From contig NW_025766968.1 in the NCBI RefSeq assembly GCF_003918875.1, forward strand, positions 5,270,001-5,334,000: DNA of 64,000 nt, written 5' to 3'. Position numbers and translations under genes: made by a program. Of the stretch, positions 1 through 11,476 are shown one piece after another (the first letter of the stretch is position 1; every line of letters starts with the position of its first letter). The DNA is from Haliotis rubra (lineage: Eukaryota). The notes under the pieces are model-generated. The model searched no databases, had not been told where the DNA came from, and saw nothing but the letters and a program-made list of their open reading frames with translations.

Positions 1-194
1 TTGTTTGTTTCCATGAGTATGTAATACAGTAGTCTAGTTCTCAATATACAACAAAATACCTGAGACATGTTTATACCTTCTCAGAAACCAAAATGCATGT
101 AAATACCATTATTCTGATCTCTCTTGCATACATACACAAAGCCTTCATACAGGTCTGTTCATAGTATCCATCACAGATTCTAACCTCAACATGT

Positions 195-3100
195 TCACAA
201 ACACCTGGATTTCTTTAAGAATTCATGGATATCTTCTTTTATTATGTTTACCAGTTTCTCCTGGTCCTCTGCTCCACTCAAAACCTGTCAAAAGATAGGA
301 AAATCTTTAAAACTTTGATGGAAACCTGGAAAGGCTAATCTACCATCAACCTTTAACCTCATAATCTGCCTGTGAAAAATATATTCACTTCGATGGACAA
401 CTCATATCTATTAACATGTATATTTCAAGTGTTTCAAAATTGTTTGTGTTCGATTATGAGAAAACATGATCGATTGCTTGGTCGTTTAGTCATTGCGACC
501 AATCTTCGATTATTTCAATTAACCGGACCACCACCAATATGAACCAGATATAATATTGTCATATCTAACACAATCTTAGTTATAGACAGTAGGGTCAGAA
601 TCAAGTGAGTGAGTGAGTGAGTTTAGGTTTACGCCGCACTCAGCAATATTCCAGCTATATGGCGGCGGTCTGTAAATAATCGAGTCTGGACCAGACAATC
701 CAGTGATCAACAGCATGAGCATCGATCTGCACAATTGGGAACCGATGACATGTGTCAACCAAGTCGGCGAAACTGACCACCCGATCCCGTTAGTCGCCTC
801 TTACGACAAGATAGTCGCCTTTTTTATGGCAAGCACATGGGTTGCTGAAGACCTATTCTACCCCGGATCTTCACGGGTCCAGAATCAAGTATCAGGCTGC
901 AAGCCAAGTACTTTTCATATCAATAAATGACAACATTAGGAGACTGTCACCAGACGATGATGACTTGGTTTTCACTAACCCACTACAGTGACATTGTGCA
1001 AATTTTTGTTGAAATCATTCACACAGGTGTCTTGTTTAATCAGGAGTAGGAGGTTGGTTGTTGCCAAAACAGAGTACATAAGTAACTTTTCCAAATTAGA
1101 TGTTTCATAACAGAAGAAGATAATCTGTTTTCTTTAAATGTCACATACTGTACAGCATATAAAATATAGTTTATATGAAATATAAACAAGTTGAAGTAGT
1201 TTCAGTCTCTAATAATAGCTGACAAGAAACTTGAAACCCAGATCAAGTAAACCGTTAAAACATAAACTCTATGGAGCTGCAAGTCTTCACCCAAACAATA
1301 AAAAAATACAAAATAACATAAATATTTAATAAAAATAAAGTCAATTACAAAACTATCCATAGTCACACATTCAATAAATGCATCGATAGTTTTTAGTTTC
1401 TACCGTCGATTAATTGCTATCGAAACTCAACAATTGCAATCGATCGATAGTTCAATGCATTGTTATAGCCCTACCAACTACCAACCTACCATCAACATCC
1501 TATTGGTCGAGCACTGTGCATGCCCACCTACAATATCTACTACATTCATTTGGGAACTGACTTCAAATGAGACAATTCAAGGAGAGAGAAAAACGATTGC
1601 AATAGTTGGTCACAATAGACTATCACTAGACTTTGGTAGGTTGTAGGGAGGATACATCATTTCCTTATACTGATAATACAAGTGCCAACATAATTCAGAG
1701 AAACTCACATATGTCATTCTGGGCCCTGATCTCTTCTAGATTGAGGTTATACATTGGCCACACCACCTCCTCAAAATACCAGGGAGGATCTGCCGGCACG
1801 TACACCCTCTCACTGAAGAGTAACACATCAACACATTAATATCGGGCAAACATGGAAACTAGAACACAATGTCATCAATACTGCCTTATGCAAATTATCA
1901 TAACATTAGAATATATATATATATGTCATTTATCTGAGTGTACCTATTGAAATCGTGTTAAGTCTTGATGCTTGCGAGTACATGTCACATTTTGGTGCAT
2001 CATGTACGCTCATCTCACTATGCTAACTCTACAAACCACTGATACCTTCTTTCCTTTATTTCCAGTCAAGTGAACTTCGAATGTTACTGATTCAAAACTT
2101 CTCATTTAGAAGAACACAATCGTCAAAGGGCTAATTCAAACAGGGCTGATAGTAAATTTGTTTTTCGAAATCTATATTATTTCATACTGAGGAAAACACA
2201 TAATGCAACATCACTTCAGTGCAGTGTTCCTCTATTTATTATCAGATTTTCACCCATGGCGCAATAGAAAGCATGCAGTACAAGAGAATACAGGGAACTT
2301 GTACCGTGATTTGTGCTCGGGAAACTAAATCCAGCTCATGGAAGAATTGACGAAAAAACACCCTGTAACAGTATCTTCCTCCCACCTCGTGGCTGGGAAA
2401 TACAAATAGTGATACAGGTCCTAATGGTGCATGATGTGCATACAGCATGTACAAGTCCACCACTGAAGTGTGTTGACTGATACTAGGCATCAGTGGATGC
2501 ACTCAAAGGAAGAAACAAGTGTCATACCTCCGTCGATCTTTACATGTCTCCTTGTCAATGGTGAGGAAATACTTCCTGTCAAATAACTCTGCCAAGGGAC
2601 TGTAACACAACATAGCAATTAAAATCTCAAATATACAGTGAGTGAGTGAGTGAGTGGGGGTGAGTGAGTGAGTGTGAGGTTTTATGGAGCTTTTACCAAT
2701 ATTAAAGACATCAGTTATCACACACTATACTAATGTGGGAAATCCAACTGTATTATAACATTAAACAGAATAAAAAGTTGAATAATTTATTAAGAATTAA
2801 ATTGCAACAAGAAAACAAATCCGCAACAATGCTCATTTTCATAAAGCTAAATATGAGACCCTGAATTATCTACAGAACATGTACTGAGAGCATAAAGTAA
2901 ACATTTTGTATAGTCAGTTTGTTGTTTAACACTACGCTGTGCAATATTCCAGCTATATGATGGCAGTCTGTAAATAATTGAATCTGGATGAGACAATCCA
3001 GTGATTGACAATACAAGCATCAATGTACACTATTGGGATACGGTGAAATGCATCAATGAGACTGAACGCTCAACCCTATTCGTCACCTTTTGTGACAAGC

Positions 3101-5119
3101 GGGGTTGCTGAAGATCTATTCTAGTCCAGAATCTCCTCAGAGAAAACAGATTGGGTCCTTCAATGGTGTGTCATGCATACACAGTACAATTACAAAAACA
3201 AAATGACCCAGACTGTGAACGTTCTGCATCCAAACATGGTTTACCCTGGTGCAGATCACCTCCTAATCATGGCATTCAAGTCATTTTACAAACAGCTAAT
3301 ATAAAGATATCCTATTCAGTTTGACTTTGAAGTATATGTCTTCCATCCCACCAATATGTGACACAGACATGCTCCCTTACCTACCTATAGTTGTAAATCA
3401 GGAATCCGTCAATGAAGAGAAAACTGGGGGGAGTTGCTTCTCTTGGTTTGTTGGTACTGTATCCACTTATGGACATTATTCACCATTGACTTCATATCAA
3501 TTGCAGACAGTTCTGTAACAGTGAGTGAGTGAGTTTAGTTTTACGGGGATTTTAGCAATATTCCAGCAATATCACGGCGGGAGACACCAGAAATGGGCTT
3601 CACACATTGTACCCATGTGGGGAATCAAACCCAGGTCTTCGGCGTGACGAGCGAACGCTTTAACCACAAGGCTACCCGACTGCCCCAGTTCTGTAACAGT
3701 GCACACATTTCCTATTGACATTCAGCAGTGAAGTATATGAATGCTATGTTGTTTCCTGCACATCAAGGCTTAGTCGTTCATATACTAGACGCCATACTGC
3801 ATTACAATTTCATTAACAGTAAAATAATCCGAAAAGTACCACTTTCTTACCATTACTAGGAGACCCCAGTAAATAATCCAAATCCGATGGTGGTGGTATA
3901 CAAGCCTACGACAATGTCTAATTGGATTGTTGTTTAATATGAGATATATCAACCAGAGCTTGGCCACATCATTTTTAGTCACTTCTGCAGGGAAAAACAA
4001 GGCAAGACATGATAAACTTACTTTCCCAGTTGGCATGGTTTCGTTGTGGTATCATCTCTAGCCTTTCATCATGAGGATCCTAGAATACATTCACAACCAA
4101 TTATTAGAGTAACATTGACAGACGAATTATGACATCTTACTAAATCTATGCATCCATAATCTTCCTTGCCAATAAAAAATACTTCATGTGTCATATGAGG
4201 GAGTGAGTGAATTAGGTTTTTTGCTGCTTTCAGTAATATTCCAGAAATATATGCAATATTCACAGTGGGGACACCACAAATGGTCTTCACACATTGTACC
4301 CACTTGGAGAATCAAAACACAGGCCTTTGGCTAAACACTTTTACTACTGGTTCCAAAACGACCTGTGTCAGTTGATGTAGATTATGTTATTCACGTCCGA
4401 CAATTAATAAGGATCGAATGATAAAGAGTAGAGTTCAAAGTGTGAATAGCAGTGTTTGCAGGGAAGAAATATACACTTTCCTCTCTCATCATGCATACCA
4501 CTTTGTTTTAATATAGAAAATAACCGAATACCTCCCTCCTACTTTTGAGAAAATTGCATCTCAAAATCATTTGGGTATTCTTAACATTCTTGTTGAGCAT
4601 AACCATAATCTTTACAGTTTTTATTGGCTGTCTTAAATATGAACCAACCAGGAAGTAGCAATCTTGACACATTGTGGTAGACCCAGGAAAAGTTGCACGT
4701 AGTTTTCTCACAGCAGTTGTTTTCCCACTGTTTGTTGTACTGAAAATTATTATGCTCAAATTGAAGAAATACTTATAAATAAACACCAAAACATGAGACC
4801 AATTTTAACCCAAGTATGCGGAATGCTTCACGTATAAAAGAGATGACGGTAAGAGTTACGTACGAGTTACGCGGGGGGTACGTAAGGAACTCTTTCCGAA
4901 AGGGTAGGCCATCTCAGTGACTGACAGCTGCCGTGGACACCAGTACTTCACATATTGTACCCATGTGGGTAATGGAACCCCAGCGTGAAGAGTGTAGCAT
5001 CCACCATAGGCAAAGCACCACCCACCAATAGACCGTGATTGTGAACAATCGAATTACTTTTATTACTTATTCAGTTCAGCTTACCCTGAAATGCCAATTA
5101 CGAAATAGTTTCTTGCCAT
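195..5119 (-). CDS. NMRK1: Nicotinamide riboside kinase (NRK1-like), 7 coding exons, two apparent +1 frameshifts in this assembly
   Basis: GT-AG exons: 5119-5085 (MARNYFVIGIS), 4739-4649 (GTTNSGKTTAVRKL...MCQDCYFL, P-loop), 4079-4022 (DPHDERL...NHANWE), 3512-3385 (LSAIDMKSMVNNVHKW../..FLFIDGFLIYNY), 2599-2528 (PLAELFDRKYFLTIDKETCKDRR), 1812-1709 (RVYVPADPPWYFEEVVWPMY), 284-195 (LSGAEDQEKLV...). Motifs match the NRK family (GISGxTNSGKTT, QDxYF, EGFL, YFLTI, PPxYFxxxVWPMY). Confidence 0.88.
605..879 (-). mobile_element. SINE-like family B (non-tRNA head, shared gctggaatattgct...(ACTC)n tail)
   Basis: TSD cagaatcaagt. Homologous to copies at 6545, 10808, 12183, 38598 and 53818. Confidence 0.85.
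2915..3135 (-). mobile_element. Degenerate SINE family B copy
   Basis: Similarity to 605-879. Confidence 0.7.
3524..3686 (-). mobile_element. tRNA(Asp)-like SINE family A
   Basis: A/B boxes and a GTCAC anticodon-like loop. 16-bp TSD cagttctgtaacagtg. Confidence 0.88.
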
Positions 5120-5124
5120 AGTGA

Positions 5125-5400
5125 TTAGTTATGCTCGTCAAAACTGTCTTCCTTCCTTTCGTCTTCCTCCGGTTTATTGGCAGCAAGAGCAACAGAATTC
5201 TCGTTGGTGTTCAGGCGAGACAGGAAGGCACCAAGCAATTTCTTGTTCAAGTGATCTGTTTGAGTTATTTTTCGTTCGTTCTTTTCGTCTTCGTTAGCAG
5301 ATGCATCTGCTTGAAGACTGGTTTCACTTATTTTCTTTTGGACACTTAATAATTCACTTTCGTCTGTGTTATCCCCATGTGAGGAAACTTTGTCAGCCAT
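5125..5400 (-). CDS. Uncharacterised 91-aa acidic small protein; upstream ORF in front of NMRK
   Basis: ATG at 5400 in strong context (A at -3, G at +4) and TAA at 5127-5125. Charged, protein-like composition with an amphipathic core TQTDHLNKKLLGAFLSRLN. Confidence 0.65.
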   Translation of the reverse strand: MADKVSSHGDNTDESELLSVQKKISETSLQADASANEDEKNERKITQTDHLNKKLLGAFLSRLNTNENSVALAANKPEEDERKEDSFDEHN

Positions 5401-6185
5401 ATTGTGTAAATAAGTGGTTTGTATTTGATGCGCTATAAATCTACGCTGCATATAAATATATAGACAGGACACCAGTTTGCAAAATGAATGCTCCTCGCAT
5501 TACTCTTTATGCTGCAAGGAGCTTTATGCTTGGTTGACTTAAAATTGGTATCCTTTGTAGTAAATGCGGAATTTGGTAATTGGGTTTGATCAAATAGTAG
5601 TTTGCTTGATTGTGCTGTTTAACTGGGATAAATAAATTAACATGTTTCACAAAGAAAATTTGCTCTGCATATATACAGTTGCATCGTGAAACGTTTGAAG
5701 ATTGAGGTCGTATTTCAGAATTTGCACAATGATCCATTTCAGTTCCTGTAGTTTCACTTCCGTTTTGCGTGTAAATATTGCAAAGTTGTGTGAAATATTA
5801 AAGTCGGCTGCCTTTCTGTGTGTAGGACTCAACTGATGGTCATAACCAGTCTGTTTAACCATTTCGTTAGTCCAAAGGAAAAGTTTACAGGTAATTTGTG
5901 CAACAGTCAGACATATTGTCTGAGCAGCAAGCAGACGAGAGTGTGTTCAGAAGTTTGGAGTGTATGTTTGATATGAGAATTTTTTCTTTAGCTTTGATAA
6001 ATGCAACGTATAATAATTTTAGAAAGCAACACTGTTTGTGGACGTTTTTCAAAGTTTCAAACCAGTTTGTTTGACTTTCCGAAGCCGCCAATACTCTCGT
6101 CAGGTTCACTTCTACCATACATTTCTTGGCTCCCATTTCCCCGCTTCTTCGACAGCTGTTCGAAGTTTTCTGTTCTTTGTTTAGC

Positions 6186-6355
6186 ACTTACTTTAGAAAT
6201 ACTGGAACACTTTACTTAAACCGGAACCATTGTCTTAGCTACTTCCCGTTGTTGTACCTAGGAGTCAAACCCTAACCCTGCTAACCCAAACCCTAACCTT
6301 AAGCTTCCTTCCGATCTCGCGCAGAAACTATATTTTGTGGTACCGGTATAAGTAA
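6186..6355. promoter_or_regulatory. Probable bidirectional promoter and non-coding first exons for the uORF-NMRK transcript (-) and CCDC124 (+)
   Basis: Lies between divergent genes. Contains a minus-strand donor gtaagt at 6191-6186, a CCGGAA (ETS-like) site, AAACCCTAA telo-boxes at about 6268-6300, a pyrimidine tract cttccttcc, a TCTCGCG motif and plus-strand donor-like GT sites near 6345-6352. Confidence 0.55.
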
Positions 6356-6544
6356 ATCTACCCGAAATACCTAATTTTACAATTATGGTCTGTAAGTAAT
6401 CAGAATGTGAATAGGTCCTGTTTATGAACTTTGCTCTACATTACTACATTGCACCAAAGCGTGCATAAACATGTCCATATTTATTCTGTGTTCGAATCCC
6501 AGCTAAACAAAGTGGTAAATATCTGAGATGTTCATCACTTCAGG

Positions 6545-6763
6545 GACCTGTGAAGATCCGGGGTAGAATACTTAGGTCTTCAGCAACCTATGCTTGTCGT
6601 AAGAGGCGACTAACGGGATAGGGTGGTCAGGCTCGCTGACTTGGTTGACACATGTAATCGGTTCCCAGTTGCGCAGATCGATGCTCATGCTGTTGATCAC
6701 TGGATTGTCTGGTCTAGACTCGATTATTTTCAGACCGCCGCCATATATCTGGAATATTGCTGA
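6545..6763 (+). mobile_element. SINE family B copy, runs into gap
   Basis: gacctgtgaagatccgggg...gcttgtcgtaagaggcgactaa...ggaatattgctga. Confidence 0.85.
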
Positions 6764-7100
6764 NNNNNNNNNNNNNNNNNNNNNNNNNNNNNNNNNNNNN
6801 NNNNNNNNNNNNNNNNNNNNNNNNNNNNNNNNNNNNNNNNNNNNNNNNNNNNNNNNNNNNNNNNNNNNNNNNNNNNNNNNNNNNNNNNNNNNNNNNNNNN
6901 NNNNNNNNNNNNNNNNNNNNNNNNNNNNNNNNNNNNNNNNNNNNNNNNNNNNNNNNNNNNNNNNNNNNNNNNNNNNNNNNNNNNNNNNNNNNNNNNNNNN
7001 NNNNNNNNNNNNNNNNNNNNNNNNNNNNNNNNNNNNNNNNNNNNNNNNNNNNNNNNNNNNNNNNNNNNNNNNNNNNNNNNNNNNNNNNNNNNNNNNNNNN
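6764..7100. other. Assembly gap
   Basis: N run. Confidence 1.
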
Positions 7101-7388
7101 ACATCAACATGATCAAGCTGACACTTTGTGATGTATATATAGCCCCTAGTCCAGCATATAACTAGATGACTTTGCACTGTACCAAGGTGTGCCTCGCTGG
7201 AATACAAGTTTATTTAAACGAACTATAAATCCCCCACTCCTTCTCTCCCATCCCTCCCTCAAACTCAGAATAGCCACAGGTTTGGTATTTAACCCCAAAG
7301 GATTAAGTTTTCCTTTCCAGTTGTTTACCTTTGTTTTGTGCATATTTTTCAGATATATTGAAGTACTGGACATTTTGATATTTCAAAA

Positions 7389-10300
7389 ATGCCGAAGAAA
7401 TTCAAAGGAGAAAATTCGAAAGCAGTAGAAGCAAGGGCAAGAAGAGATGCCCAAAAATATGCTGAACAAGAAAAGAAACAAAAAGAAGCTGAAGATGAGC
7501 TTTGGAGAGATGATGACAAGCATGTTGCAAGAAAACAGCAACGTAAAGTAAGAACAAGTTGATAAAAATCAGCAATGTGAAAAAAGAACATGTTATTCAT
7601 TCTTATAGCTTGTAACATGTATGCAAATGTGGAGACGAAACCATCTTTAGTCAGAACTGTGCTAGTGCTCTATTAACTGTACTGATCTGATGAATATCCA
7701 TAGTTTCTGTGTCTTTGAGACTCATATTACCATCACTCTTAAGTCTTCAGTCACAGGCAAAAGATAACATCATTCTGAACCAAAGCCTCATAAGCCATTG
7801 CTTTCTTATTATGGTAGACATTTATCAAAAAGTTTCATTGGTAAGTGTTTGACTTACTTCATATGTATTGTACACAGATATATGTATATATACACACTAT
7901 AGTGAACATGTGTAAGATGGGTGGTAGTGTTGTGGGTAAAGTATTCACATACCATACTGATACAAGCTTACAAATTCACTCACTGTTTGTTCAGGAGGAC
8001 AAGGAGAAGAAGCGCTTGGAGCAAGTGGAGAAGAAGAAAGAGCTGCAGCAGCTTCATGACGAAGAGATGAGCAAGCTGAAGAGTGCAAAACCTGTGGCTG
8101 CAGCCAAGTTAACACGTGCAGAAATTGCTGCACAGCAGGAGAGACTTCAAGCAGCAGCTGCAGCAGGTACAATCAACTTACTTACCACCACCATTAAAAA
8201 AATCCAGATCCCATTTTCTTGTCATCAGAGCTGTGATAAAATCAATAGATTTGAAGATTTCGCTTGTATGCCACTGATAACAGGACTAGTGAGGTGAGGT
8301 GAAATTGGGTTTTACGTCGTGCTTGAGAATATTCCGCTCATATGACGATGTGCATGCGTGTGTATGTGTATGTGTGGCTGCTTGCACTAGCCCAGACTTA
8401 AGCTGGTGTTATAGTGCTAGCCCACTGAGATACCATGCCGCAGTGAAGCATGAATACCCCACTCAGACACATTATACTGACTCCGAGCCGACCAGTCCTT
8501 GTTGTACCCATTAATGCCGAGCGCCAGGCAGGGACCAACAAGTACCATAATTTAATGCATTTGTTATGACGCGGTCGGGGATAGAACCCGCGACCTTCCA
8601 CTCTCCGGGCGGACGCTCTAACCACTACACCACGGAGGCGGTCTGATAACAGGACTAGTAAAGAGGAGGAGGAGACTTTTCAGTACTGAGCACAATGTTA
8701 AAAATTATATTATAAAATACATCTGAATTTACAAATATAATGTCTGTTTAAAAATTCCCAATTTTGCACAAAGTAATTCCTTTCCTCCAATTTGCCTCCA
8801 TGAGCGCTTGGTTTGGAATCTGCCATAAGTCCCTGTTAGCATCAGCGTGAATTTCTCCAGTCTTTGGATAAGTGTGCTTTCAAGTTTCATTCTTGGCCGT
8901 CTTAGGTCTAAACAAAACAAACTTTTAGAGGTCACAGATAGGTTTGCAGTTTAATTGCCTTCTCATCCTACCAGGTACCCATTCACTGCAGATTTATAAA
9001 CAAAGTGTCTGGCCTGAGGAGGTGCCACTTTTGACCTCATGTCATTAGAGCCAACTTCAACTATTTTCTGTTTTCACTCATTTATGCTCTCATGCAGTGT
9101 TTACCTTATTAAATATCACATGGTGGCATCTTCCTCTAGGTGTCAAGTGTTTGACTCTTCCATTGTTGTACAGGGCATGGTGGCCTCTATCTTTGTTGTA
9201 CAGGGCATGGTGGCCTCCATCTTTGTTGTACAGGGCATGGTGGCCTCTACCTTTGTTGTACAGGGCATGGTGGCCTCTACCTTTGCTGTATAGGGCATGG
9301 TGGCCTCTACCTTTGCTGTACAGGGCATGGTGGCCTCTACCTTTGTTGTACAGGGCATGGTGACCTCTACCTTTGTTGTACAGGGCATGGTGGCCTCTAC
9401 CTTTGTTGTACAGGGCATGGTGGCCTCTACCTTTGTTGTACAGGGCATGGTGGCCTCTACCTTTGTTGTACAGGGCATGGTGGCCTCTACCTTTGTTGTA
9501 CCGGGCATGGTGGCCTCTACCTTTCTTGTACCGGGCATGGTGGCCTCCACCTTTGTTGTACAGGGCATGGTGGCCTGCACCTTTGTTGTACAGGGCATGG
9601 TGGCTTCCACCTTTGTTGTACAGGGCATGGTGGCCTCTACCTTTGCTGTACAGGACATGGTGGCCTCTACCTTTGCTGTATAGGACATGGTGGCCTCTAC
9701 CTTTGTTGTACAGGGCATGGTGGCCTCTACCTTTGTTGTACAGGGCATGGTGGCCTCTACCTTTGTTGTACAGGGCATGGTGGCCTCTACCTTTGTTGTT
9801 CAGGGCATGGTGGCCTCTACCTTTGTTGTACAGGGCATGGTGGCCTCTACCTTTGTTGTACACGGGCATGGTGGCCACCATTTTGGTGTCTACCTTTGTT
9901 GTTTAAAACATTGTGGTGTCTACCTTTGTTGTTTAAAACATTGTAGTGTCTACCTTTATTGTTTAAAACATTGTGGTGTCTACCTTTGTTGTATAGATCA
10001 TTATTGTGTCTACCATGTTGTATATCTCACAGTGGCATCTTCCTCTGTTGGATGTTTAATGGTGGAGTCTATCTCTGGTAGCCTGGCAAACAAAAGATTA
10101 TTGAGATTTTATCGTGATTATGAATTTACCTAGTAACATAAAAATCGATAGTATATATAGAAACATTACTTCATGTAGTCATGTTTCATGTCATAAATAA
10201 CATATGTTTTAACTGACTTCCTGCTTTCATTGAGATTAAAATAACACATACAATCATCATGATTATACAAGGTATATTAATATGGATATCCTGTGTGGAC

Positions 10301-11476
10301 AGCTGTGTATAGGTTCATGACTTAGTATGGTGTGTCTCCCTTGACCCAGACTGTTTGCTGTTAACCAGTTTCAAATATTCTTCCACAGCTGAGAAGCAGG
10401 AAAAGGAGTTAGTGCATGATGAAAAACCCCTTGAAGAAAACATCAACCGCCTGGACGTGGAGGGCCAGGAAGCAAGAACTGTTGAGGAGGCCATTTCCCT
10501 TCTCAGGTGCGAACTACTAATGAAACTGAAAAGGTTGACCTTGTCCATGTTGTCCAAAAAATAGTTGGTTACAGTTTTATACAGAAGAAAATTTGGGGAC
10601 AGACTTTTTCAGAGAAAAATTTAGGTTCTCTTCAGGAGAAAAGGATAGGACAGTAAATTTATTTTCTATGTTCTTGGATCAGTATTGAAAATTATAGGGT
10701 TGATGATGATGATAGGAATAATAATTGAAAGCTTCCTGTGCACAACTTTGAACCATGTCTTGACGTTATATGTATTTATTTGTCATTGATGACCTCTCTG
10801 TTGTTAGAGACCCATGAAGATCCGGGTTAGAATATTGATCTTCAGTAACCCATGCTTGTCATAAGAGGCGACTAACAGGATAGGGTGGTCAGGCTCGCTG
10901 ACTTGGTTGACACATGTCATCGGTTCCCAATTGCGTAGATCGATGCTCATGTTGTTATCACTGGATTGTCTGGTCCAGACTCGATTATTTACAGACCACC
11001 GCCATATAGCTGGAATATTGCTGAGTGCAGCGTAAAAACTAAACTCACTACTACTACTACTACTGTTGTTAGAGGCATCCAAAGTGGTTGGGCTTTGTGA
11101 CTTGTAAAGGGATGTTGCTTGGAATACGAATCTCTGGATTGTCTGGTCCACATTTCGTTATTAACACCCTGCTGCCATCTGCCATATAGCTGGAATATTG
11201 CTGATTGTGGTGTTAAACAACAAACTGGGAAAAGAAAACTTTATGTTTATTATATCTTTCCTTTCTTTCAGTATTAAACAAGAAAAACTTGAGCGACATC
11301 CCGAAAAGCGTGTCAAAGCAGCATATACTGACTTTGAAGCAGAGCATCTTCCACGTCTCAAACAAGAAAATCCCAATCTCAGATTATCACAGTTAAAACA
11401 AATGTTGAAAAAAGAATGGCAAAAGTCACCTGACAACCCACTCAATCAAAGGTCAATTTCATATAATTCAAAATGA
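7389..11476 (+). CDS. CCDC124: Coiled-coil domain-containing protein 124 (Lso2 ortholog, ribosome hibernation factor), 4 coding exons, about 217 aa
   Basis: Exons 7389-7547 (MPKKFKGENSKAVEARARR...LWRDDDKHVARKQQRK), 7995-8166, 10389-10506 (PLEENINRL...ARTVEEAISLL) and 11272-11476 (ERHPEKRVKAAY..FE...LPRLKQENPNLRLSQLKQMLKKEWQKSPDNPLNQ). All GT-AG with consistent phases. Confidence 0.96.
8291..8642 (-). mobile_element. tRNA-derived SINE family C (MetaSINE-like central domain)
   Basis: Head ccgtggtgtagtggttagagcg...gggttctatcccc, body ccctgcctggcgctcggcatt, (CCTCA)n tail and 17-bp TSD ctgataacaggactagt. Confidence 0.82.
9163..10020. repeat. 30-bp minisatellite (about 23 copies plus a diverged tail) in a CCDC124 intron
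   Basis: Unit cagggcatggtggcctctacctttgttgta. Variant unit ttgtggtgtctacctttgttgtttaaaaca after about 9880. Confidence 0.97.
10808..11050 (+). mobile_element. SINE family B copy
   Basis: Full-length match to the family. Confidence 0.85.

Noticed and set aside
5885-6187. 100-aa minus-strand ORF upstream of the uORF
   Set aside because: No ATG start, begins inside a splice donor, lies in the predicted first intron and has no recognisable motif.
6268-6300. Telomere or chromosome fusion site
   Set aside because: Only a few imperfect CCCTAA units within a promoter.
6572-7207. ORFs across N runs (also at 42.7 kb and 60.8 kb)
   Set aside because: Gap artefacts.
9039-10133. Long repetitive ORFs on both strands (GRGHHALYNK, MPCTTKVEAT and others)
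   Set aside because: By-products of a 30-bp intronic minisatellite with few stops. The CCDC124 exons join in phase without them.
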